64,000 bases of DNA from Eutreptiella sp. 'Long Island Sound 2002' (taxonomy: Eukaryota; Protista; Euglenida), in contig OZ038378.1 in assembly GCA_964036045.1 (NCBI GenBank), positions 15,438,001-15,502,000 of the forward strand, in the 5' to 3' direction. The position numbers and the translations under genes are program-made. Below, piece by piece: positions 11,901-21,640 of the stretch (its first letter is position 1; each line of letters starts with the position of its first letter). A model generated the notes under the pieces. That model saw only the letters and a list, made by a program, of their open reading frames with translations. It searched no databases and was not told the DNA's origin.

Positions 11901-14900
11901 GTAGTTTAACCTCTAACAATCCATCTGTCTTTCTATCTGTCTATCGTCAGTCCTTTGGAGGATGTGGTGTGGGTGCCGTGGCTTTGGCAGACTGACATTC
12001 GTGCTTGCCCAGTCTATGAAGGGCACCAACACACCAACAACAGGCACCAAACTCCATTGCACTTGCTTATGCCCTCCCCCCTCCACTCTCCTTTCTCCAT
12101 TCCCCCGATTTCATTCCTGCGGGGCATTGAATTGGGCACCTGATTTCCGGGGTTCACAGTGATAACGAACATGTGCAGGGGGTCTACACAGCGACCCAGG
12201 GCTGTGCTCGAAGGGGGAGCACCAGAACGGCACTGGCAAACTGGTTGGTGACGTTTGGAGAAGCGGTTTGGTGCAGGCGCAGGCAGGAGACCATCGGAGG
12301 AAATCGATGGTGGACAGAGGTGGTTGGGGCGGAATTGGCGCCTGCTCCCTGATCCCACTGAACATCTGCACCGAGCGTATACAAAGTTTCTTTCCTGCAA
12401 CCAACTTGATGAGCCGGGCGCTTGAACAACAGGTAGTGGCGGTGTGGGCTGGTCACATGTTGGTGGCCCCCCTCAGTGCTCCCTGCCAAGACCAGCAGGC
12501 GCCGCCACACACAGGTCAAGGCAAACCAGATCGTCCTATTGGACTACAACGACGCCGTGGGGCCCGTGCGAATCCGGCAGCTGCGGGTGCGCAACAACAC
12601 GTGCCTTATGCACGTCGCGAACAAGGGCGCGTGCTACGGGAAGTACAGCGAGAGCAACGAGGAGACGCAGGCCATGGGGATGGAGCCGTGGCACCAGTGG
12701 CAGTCGGCGTATGAATTGCAGGGGCGGAGCTACCCCAGCAAGCAATTTGAGTACGTGTACGGGGGTGGGGGCTTCGCGGTGGACCTGCATCCGAGCAATG
12801 CAACGAAGGTGGAGGCGCTGCTGGAGCGGCTGCAGGCATGTTCATGAGACGTGTTCCACGACCAAAACCCCACAGCCCACATTCCCACCGTTGCACCACA
12901 GCCCATCGAACCATGCGAAAGTTACGGTGCTGTTGTGCCACAGTGCGAGGCCCCGTTGCCCAGGGAGAGCATTTACTTTTTGTGCATGTCGGGTTGTGGT
13001 GGTGGTAAGGGACCGTGCAGACTGTGGATCTGGGGGCCTCCGGGACTGAGGTGATGAGTGGCATGGCCCGGTGGCGCTCGCAGTGGATGGCGTCCCATGT
13101 TGTTGAGGTCCCGACCAAACGCTCCACTGTCGTGCCCCCCCCCTCCGCCCCCTTTCTATTTGTGCTCGCCCGAGTTCCACATGCTCCCTCCCTCCCCCAC
13201 GTCAACCCCAGCTGTCTCAGCCCCCTCCCCTTGGGACCTGATCGGAGGCTTCAGTACTTGACACCAGTGGGCGGACCGCCCACAAATGAGGCGAGCGGAT
13301 TGTAAGCCAAGTGATGCGCCAGAGGCGCAGGATGACGAAGCAAAGATGCACCTGTTCTGCATCCCAGAGCCACTCCTGCCGTATCCTTGTTCACAGTGGG
13401 TGTCTTGTGTCTTGATATGCTGTGCATGGCTCATTGTCACCATTCGCCCTCTATTTGTCTTTGGTGGTGTTGCTTGACAGCCATGGATTCTGCTACCAGC
13501 ACGCCTGGCTCCCCCTCCGGCACGTGTGCCAATTTTGATTGCTGCACGGTGCTGTTGCTTTGGCCCGGGTCAGTGGTCCCTCAGAAACACAAAACACAAA
13601 CAGTCCAGGCTCTGCGTTCTGCCTGTGGGGAGTGTGGTACGTTTCCATTGCACTGTATCGCCATCTCCTCCTGGGACTGGATGGGACACATTCCTGAGAG
13701 TCGGTGCTGCCTATACTTCCTTGGACACATAGGCCTCCGAGGGGGGGAGGGGAGCTTGGGGAACGGCCTGGGCCTGGGGTGAAAATTAAGAAGGGGGGGC
13801 TGAGGGTGTCGCATACAACCGCCTGGCAGACCCGGTGGGCCCCATGAATCGTTGAGTGGACGAAATGTTGTGGGGGGGGGGGTCCTCCCCGGATGATCTG
13901 CGTTGGTCTGTCGTAAGGGACTCAAGTGCGGTGGGTATACCAGGCGGGGGGGGCAGGTGTCAAGCCCCCCCCCCCCCCTGCCCCGTATGCGAGTCCTGTA
14001 TCCGTTGCTCATGGCCCTGCCCCGTTGAGCGCTGGTTTGGAATTCCCTTGCGCCAAACTCCCACACGGGAGTTGACGGCTGATACCTTTGAAACGACCCA
14101 TGTGCCCCACTGGCCTTGCAACGCGCGCACCGGCTGCAGGCAGAGAAGTGGATCGACTCCTCGACGCGGATGGTGTCGGTGGAGTTCACGGTGTTCAACC
14201 CTTACATTGTGCAGTACATCGGGGCGCGGCTCATGTTCGAGATGCCCGCATCCGGCGGCGTGTTCGCCTCCGAGTACTTTATGCCTTTCCGGCTGGAGCG
14301 CTTCCAGAAGTACAGAGTGGACCAGTCGTCCCCGGACGTGGCACTCATCTCCGCCGAGGTCGTGGTGTTCTTGTGTTGGTTGCGCCTCATGTACGACGAG
14401 TACCGCGACATGCGGCTGTGGGTCAAGGAGTTCAAGATCCGCCACAAGCTCGCGAAGGCCTCTCGTGTGGATACGGAGAGCTGGGTCGGGCTGACCAGCG
14501 ACGTGGGGCACGGGCTCCTACAGCACCTGTGCCACGACTGGAACGGGGTGGACATCATCGTGGTGCTCCTGTTGCTGGGCTTCTACGTGATTCGGAGCGC
14601 GATGCAGCTCGAGAGCCTGCGCCTCTGGAGCCCCGACCTGCGGCACTCGCACACCGACTTCTTTAATTTCCACTGGATCGCGCAGTTGTATTTGTGGGAG
14701 CAGCAGATCATTGCGGGGGCCATCATGATCTGCTGGCTGAAGGTGGTGAGCCCTCAGCGGCAGCGCGTGTCAGTTGACCACCGGGGGGCTGGGAGGCCCG
14801 GTCCAAGTGCGCGACCCCCATCCCTTCAGTTTTTTTTTTCTTTTGGCAGATTGCGCCACAGAGGGCGACCGCCAGTCTTCTCAAGGGTGGTCTGTGTGCC

Positions 14901-17900
14901 CGAAATCCGGCACACTAAAACAGGGCTGATGGCTGAGATGAGGCTGGTATGGGCTGCGACCACGAAAAATTGGAGTCAAAAACAGAATATCTGTGAAAAA
15001 AGCCTGGACAAAAATAGTGTAGTCTCATTACGGCGTAAAAAAAACGGGCACCCACATTCCAGTGAGCAAATAATTGTAACAACTCGCACTACAGCACAGA
15101 CAAAAGTGTCCTCGCCAGTCCTGCAGATAGAGTGTACCCAAAAAACTGACATTTCTGTGTCACACTGTATCCCAGGCTTCGGGGGTGTGTATCACGTGTG
15201 TATCCCAACTTTCCAGAGTGTGTATCACATGTGTGTCCCACCCAGCTGCCTACTTTGTGGTGGATTGTTGGGTAGTTGACGCTGGATGGCGCTGGATTTG
15301 AAAAATGTAACGCTGGATTTGCGCTGGATTTGCACTGGACTGGCGCTTTTTCTGGACATCACTTCGAGCTTAGAACACTCTGTTGCACTGGCTGCAAGCT
15401 AGTAGTTGTAGTTCAGTTGGTGTGGCACTGCTCTGGTGTTGCAGGGAGGGTGGGTTCAATTCCTTGTGCATGCATTTTTCCATATCTCTCGGGGACATTC
15501 GGTTCCTGCCAACACGGAGCAAATTCACAATTTTTCAGGTGTTTCTCAACTTTTGGTCTAATGCACCAAAACGTCGTTACCTTGGGGGGGGGGGGGTATG
15601 TGTATGCTTTTCGAAATCTGTGAGAAAAGGCCATTTCAGAAATGTATGGGTTTGTGGGGGGGGGGGGGGTCACAGTTTTGCGCACAGAGCTGTAAACGGG
15701 AGGACACACAGGGCACAGGCAATGCTCCAGGGATCACTCATTATTCTGAATCCGATTCGTTGTCATCGTCAGAAACGGACAAAAATCTCACACATGTCGT
15801 CGGCACAGCATGCAGACCTGGGGTGTTCCAAATAGCCCTTTTCAAGGGCTTTCCGAATATACCCACATACCCCTACCTTTCGGACACTCAGTGGACACAA
15901 ATGAGGCAACAATGGATCCAACCCCTGAAAACGCTCCGTGTTGGCAGGATCAGTACCATCCCAGAGAGATATGTCAGTGGTCTCATCATGAAAGTAATTT
16001 GCAAATGTGATGAGGGTTACAGCGACAGTGATGGCGACATGTTACCTGTGGGGGATGGCCAAGATCTCTTTTCTCTCTTCATGGATTTCATGTATCACAC
16101 GTGTGTTCCAGGCTTCTGAAGTGTGTGTCGTTTGTGTATCGACCCCAAAAGTGTGTATCTCGCGCTAGCGGTGGTACGCACTATCTCCAGGTCTGGCCGT
16201 ATTTTGGATGGTTGTTGTTATTTGCTGGAGGCTGGGAGGCTTCTGGGTGCTTGTTGTTGTACCAAAATTTTGCAGTGGTATTTAAGAAGTGGGGCCAAAT
16301 TTTCTCCCCACCAGATTTCGCCATTCCAAATTTCGCATGTTCCTCCCCCCCCCCCCCCCCCCGATACTTTTTCTCGCTGTGATGCGATTACACTCTTCTT
16401 TGTGTAATGCCAGACACAGCCCGAGTAAGGCCTTTTCCACGTAATGCCAGGACACCATTTGTTTCCCTGTAACGCAACCCCGACCATACTGCGAATGCAC
16501 AATTCTTTTAACATGGTTGTCTGACAGAGTGTTAGAGGACATGTGACGGCTGGCCGCAAGGACAAAATGCTATGGGAACATGTGTGACGGGGTGAGGAGG
16601 CGATCCGACCCCCTGCCACACACGTAACATGGGGCGGTGGCCATCCTAATGGAAATGCGATGCAATGCCGCTCCGCGAATTGAAGGGTTGCGTCACAATT
16701 TGTTCTCTATGGCTGTTACCCAGACACTGTTTGTACCCGTGTACCCCGTTTGGATTCAGGCCATGAGGGCCTGGAAGGAGGGAGTGTGGGGTTGGGGCTA
16801 TCCAAAAGAGCAGACAGAGCTGAGCTGTGGGACGGTCGCAGGAAGGGTGCTTGGTGCATCGCCTGTGGGTGCTTGCTCGCCACCAGGGCAGACATTCCCA
16901 GAAGGCTTGCTGCATCACCGTTGAACCTCGCAGACTGTGTGGTGCAGTGGAATTGCTAAGGGCCCGGGGGTGTTCATGACGTTCTCTCTCCCACTGCTGA
17001 TGCCTTCAGGTGCTGAAGTACATTGTGATTCTGCCGAGTGTGGGTCCTGCGGTGCACGCCATCATTAGTACTATCACCGACCAGAACGTGGTCAGCTTTA
17101 TGCTGGTGTTTGCCATCGTGATCCAGTCCTTCAGCATGGCCCTGCACTTCGCCCTCGGATACAGCGAGATGCAGTACAATACCCTCAGCAATGCGGTCCT
17201 GTCGTTCTTCCGCATGCTGTTCGGGGACTTCGACTACACCCACTTCCTCCGTTCTGAGAACGCCGGCACCTTCTGGTTCGTGCTGAGCCTCCTGTCCGGG
17301 AGTCTCTTGCTGCTGAACATTTTTATCGCCGTAGTCGGGGAGGTGTATGCGGTCCAGCTCAGCAGCACCACGATGCTGTGGACTCGCAAGGCTGTGGCAG
17401 CATACCAGCAGCAGCTCCTGGCAGACAGCAAACTCAGCACGCTGTTCAAGGCGGACAGCCTCTCCCATTACGTGCTGCATGAGAGCGCCTATTACGCATG
17501 CATGTCAGAGGCGCATGAGACGCCCTCTTTGCACTCCCACCACAAAGGCCACGCCCTGTTCGAGACCTCTGCGGTTTCAGCCCCAGAGGTACGTTCCTTC
17601 TTCAGGGATGTCCTTTTGGGAACCCTTTGGGGGGCGCCGGCAGAAAGCAAAACAAAGACGGATAATCATGCGACATCCCCAAAGCAATGAGCTTTCTGCT
17701 GTAGGTTTGGCATTCATCAGCAAGTCAGGGCGAGAGGTTTTCGGTGCTCATTCTTTTGTCAGCTTTTCAGTTTTCACAATGCGGTGCCCAGAACAGGAAC
17801 TATGGGCTGCTTGGGGTACACCTGGGCTGCAGGTGTACGTGCTCTGTGCAGCCCTCTCCATGCCCCCGGCCCGGGCGGTAGGACCAACGGGAAAGGCTGA

Positions 17901-19129
17901 GTCTGCGGAGGGCGCTCTCAAATGCCCCATCACCCATTTCAGATCCGGGTCGTGTTGTGTTTTGGGTGGTACCAAGACCATCAAAACCAACTTCCGCATG
18001 GCGCATTGTCATCAAGTAAGTCGCCGGCGTCTGGCGGTTGGTCGGGACAAACGAGTGTCGTGTTCCCTTTTTTCGTGGAAAGTTCATCCGCAGGCCTGTG
18101 CTTCAAGAGGGTGTTATGCCCCGGCCTCCGTGCATCACAAACCGTTCTGCACCCGCACGGATCTGTCCCCAGCCGCGTATACAAGCGCCAGTAACCGCGT
18201 CTGAGACCTCGTCTCTCGCATTTTCAAGCACAGGCCTGCCCGCCCTGCCTTTGCCCAGCCCCTTGACCCCTTTAGAGATGATTGCTGTGTACGGCTCATG
18301 CGCTAAATTGTATTGTACGGATGCTTCATGCCGCTTCCTCTGTGCCTAGTTGCAGCGCCTCCACCTGGAGATGAAGGACATGGCGGCCCAGCTCGCAAAC
18401 CTCCGCGGCGAGAACGCCCGCTTGATCTCCGAGGCTACGGAGTTGCGACGGAACAGTGACTACACAGTGCTGCGCGAGGTCAGCGATATCGCTGCGCCGG
18501 ACTACAGTTTCCCGTCGGACCCCGCGCAAGGGCCCTCCTCTGGAGACCTCCCCACGACGTGCAGTACCCCGGACGTGCAGGACAACCCCCACGCCCGAGG
18601 CGACTCCGGCGCGGAACTGGAGTCCCCTCCACCCGTGGACCCCACTGAAAGGCCGCACGCGGAGGCGCCGCAAGCGCACCGCAAGCACAATCTCACGGCG
18701 CCTACCCCCCGCCTGCGCATGCGCATGCCCAGACGCACGGAGGCGGGGTGTGCCTCCTCCTGCCCAGGGGCCACCCCATGCCCCAGCCGTGCCCCCTCGC
18801 CCTGTCTGACACCACATCTGCCTACGCAGGGCCCCTCACCGGCGTCCACAAGCCCCAGGCCCCCTGGCCCTTCACACACCCCGCACGCGTCCGCGGCGGC
18901 TAGCAGTCGCAGGCGCGGCAGAGAGCGCATCGCGCCGTCCGTCACCCGGATTCGTTTCTGCACACCGGACGGGGTCTGCACGCCGGACGCCCGTCGCCGT
19001 TCCCGCACCCTCTCGCCGCGCGCTCTTCCCGCTTTCCCCCATCAGACGCCCAACTCGACACCGGTCACAAGCCGTGCACCCACACCTTCCCTTGTCTGGG
19101 CGCAAGTATCGACACGTTCGAGTGTCTGA
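4730..19129 (+). CDS. PKD2: Multi-exon gene for a polycystin-2 (TRPP/PKD2-family) cation channel with putative N-terminal LRR and ankyrin regions; 5' end unresolved
   Basis: Predicted exons: 4730-5987, 6881-7021, 7107-7376, 7414-about 7550, uncertain small exons at about 8680-8742 and 8871-8934, then 10770-11087, 11501-11632, 12515-12835, 14140-14742, 17010-17588 and 18350-19129. PKD2 hallmarks: FSDISKVDEFWQWLRGP, GPVRIRQLRV, LERLQAEKWIDSSTRMVSVEFTVFNP, pore region FFRMLFGDFDY, S6 LLLLNIFIAVV, then a coiled coil. Reading phase is consistent from 10770 to the stop at 19129. Confidence 0.85.
7107..7376 (+). CDS. Exon encoding two ankyrin repeats
   Basis: GCGCAG| acceptor. KDTYGRTLLHLCCEGG and EDLNRESALSVAAIRGHVKLVSALLQAG fit the ankyrin consensus. 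In phase with the preceding exon 6881-7021. Confidence 0.8.
12515..14742 (+). CDS. Polycystin TOP-domain exon (12515-12835) and S2-S4 exon (14140-14742), joined by a GC-AG intron
   Basis: Splicing 12835 to 14140 restores LERLQ|AEKWID, matching the PKD2 L..L....WID..TR motif. Donor is CAG|GCATGT, acceptor is CTGCAG|G. Confidence 0.85.
15281..15347 (+). repeat. Short GCGCTGGATTT-type tandem repeat in an intron
   Basis: About 5 imperfect copies of (GC)GCTGGA(TTT). Confidence 0.6.
17010..17588 (+). CDS. PKD2-channel S5-pore-S6 exon
   Basis: CTTCAG|GTGCTG acceptor and GAG|GTACGT donor. Translation includes VVSFMLVFAIVIQSFSMALHFALG..TLSNAVLSFFRMLFGDFDY..LLLLNIFIAVVGEVY. Confidence 0.9.
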
Positions 19130-21640
19130 AGAGCGGTGCCCAAAGCTGAAGATAAGCCCAATGTTCCACCACGAATCCCACACTCTGCACCATGGGTCAA
19201 CTTCAGGAAGATTGTGGTGTGTAAAAGACGGAGCACGCGACGGGGGTCCAAGACGAGGCAACGAGCATTGAGGTCAGGCATCACTCCTAAAGTGATCAGG
19301 CCCCAATGGTTGATTCGAAGATTCGCAGACCATCCACACCGACTCCGTTTGTGGCACGACTGCCTGGCACCAACATCTCTTGAGAGCCAACCCATCGAGT
19401 CGCCCCCCGCAGGTCCATTCACACACCCCGGAGATGCAGCCCCACCCCACATGTCCGGTACGCCGTGGGGCAAATCTGGGCCCATCGGACGTGGCTGGGC
19501 CTGAGGGGGTTGTCCGGGTACGTGGAGTGGGCTTTTTGTAGGAATTTGGGCCAGTGCAGAGCCTACGAGGCGGGTTGTGGCCTGTACGACGAGTTAGTCC
19601 CGCAGTCCCACAGGTCATGAACGTTTTGTCTTGTGTTTACATGTCCGAACATCAGCCGCTTGACCCCTTTAGAGATGATCGCTGTATACGGCTCATGCAC
19701 GGAATTGTGTTGTATGGATGTTTCTGAGGCACATTTATCACCAGATGTACAAACGACATCCATATATCTCACGATTCGCATGCACATGCGTCACAGATGT
19801 ACAGATGACATCCGGATGTCTCACGATTAAGCACATCCACGGACTGTGCCGCTGTTCTTGACACTTTCTGTCACCCCATAATTGATAGAGCAACCTCTTG
19901 TACAGTCATTTGCTATTAATTACTTACTTACCACTACTACTTACTACTACCGGCCGGTACTCTATTTACTGCTTTATGTACCATTTATGCTTATTTATAG
20001 TCATTTACTATAGCAGGGGCTGTAGGGCGAATCCGCGCTCGTGGGACGGCTCAAGGCCGGGGCCAGTGGTGCAAGTCATGGTTTGTGGAGTGAGTCTGCA
20101 CTTGTGCAGTGCGTCAGGGCCGACAGGGAAGGTTTAGGTAGGGCACACTATTGTCCACAGCTTGACGGAAATACAGGTGTACTCTAACGGAGTTACCTTC
20201 TCTATTACCATTCACAAAATGCAACCCGCAGCTCCATTCACATTGGCCAAGGTCCAATCACTAGAGCAAGCATCGATGGAGGCTACACTTCTTATGGCCA
20301 AGGAAAGCAAAGCAACACAACGACTTTCGCAGATGGAATGGAAGGTTCAACAACTTGGATCACAAAGTGGGGCCGCTTCGAACTCGCCGAAGATGACCAC
20401 ATTCTTCTATATCCGGGACGGCATTACCCGGACCAAGTGCCATACGAAGGAACCATCACAACTACACCGGATGACGTGGCGAATGTGACCATTAACAACG
20501 TGTGGGGCATCCCAACGGGGTTATACATTTTGGAATATGTCCCGAACATGATGCCCGCGGAGTGGGTCCAAAGTGCACTGGAATTTTCGCACCAACCTCA
20601 ACATACTGGCATCCAGAAACAATACCAAGCCAATCAACCGCGTATCCGACGACATCATCTGTGCCGTTGCAGCCGATCTAAAATTGGAGCCGTCCCAATG
20701 TTTCGCCCTACGAACCGCAACGGGTTCAAAGGTGTGTGCATCCCATCTCCACACATGCTCTCCAGCTCATGCTCTCTAGCATACCACTTACTGTTCATTT
20801 CGCGTACCACAAGCATCGCTGTATCCGATGAAAAAAAAATGGTACCATCGGAAAATTTCATACCATTTTCAATCTCCTACTCATTCCCTATGTGTCGCAG
20901 GTGACTGCCATAATGGGCCCCGCTGGTTGTGGTAAATTGCATGTTTCCCTTGCCATCATGGAAGCACGTTTCCTTGCAGCGCAACGCGTGCTGGTCACCG
21001 GACCCACAAACACTTTGGTGGACAGCTTGTGCAATGCTTGGGCCGTCTCACCAGTCCAGCAATTGTTCGATTGTACTCCAAGGTGCAACGAGATTCCGGA
21101 AAAGCAAATGACATGTACTGTGCCCATGCACTTGCCGGAAGATCCCAATTGACAATGAAGGAAGTGTTGCTCAGCGCAACCTTTGTATTCACAACTAACG
21201 CCCTTGCATTGTCGCCCTGGCTACAAGGAGATTTTCACCACCACATTGTTGATGAGGCAGGTCGCGCCAACATCCCCATGGGCATACTAGTTGTTTGTAT
21301 TGTGTGTTGCAAGGCTGGGACGGTCAAGTTTTACCATATTGTGCAATTGTATTTGTACTTGCAAGGCAATGGGTTGTCGTTGCGTGCATTATGTGCACGG
21401 TGCACAAGTGGCAACAATCCTGTCCAACGACGGAGAGTTTTGCAGTCACTCCCACAGTGTTATGAACGTTGTATCTCCTTGCTAGTGTATTTCTGCTTTA
21501 CGTCGTTCCATTGCCACAAAGCTTGACCCGTAACCCATTTAGAGATTCTGTTCCACTGCGCATGGGCTCATTTCCACTGAATTGTATTGCACGGATGTTT
21601 CTGAGGCACACGTGTCACCGGATGTGTTGATGAGATCCGT
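18262..21640 (+). repeat. Dispersed repeat family, three direct copies (18262-18327, 19659-19760, 21521-21640)
   Basis: Shared CTTGACCC..TTTAGAGAT...GGCTCAT....AATTGT(A/G)TTG(T/C)A(C/T)GGATG(T/C)TTC. The second and third copies continue TGAGGCACA....CACC(A/G)GATGT. Confidence 0.75.
20162..21289 (+). pseudogene. Frameshifted, intron-containing Upf1-like (SF1B, DNA2/NAM7-type) helicase fragment: stalk, 1B barrel and RecA1; no RecA2 found
   Basis: Collinear with the Upf1 core: MAKESKATQRLSQMEW, ELAEDDHILLY, LEYVPNMMPAEWVQSAL, Q-motif LKLEPSQCFAL, GT-AG intron 20732-20900 (phase 0), Walker A IMGPAGCGK, motif Ia VLVTGPTNTLVD, IVRLYSK, Walker B IVDEAG. Frame changes near 20341, 20580 and 21035. 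Confidence 0.8.

Noticed and set aside
12836-14139. Euglenid-type non-conventional intron
   Set aside because: No complementary pairing seen between the intron ends in any register of the repeat, and a GC-AG reading fits. All other resolved junctions in the window are GT-AG.
19659-21640. Flanking repeats as LTRs of a retrotransposon
   Set aside because: A third copy lies at 18262, the copies are clearly diverged, and no TG..CA ends, PBS or gag/pol were seen.
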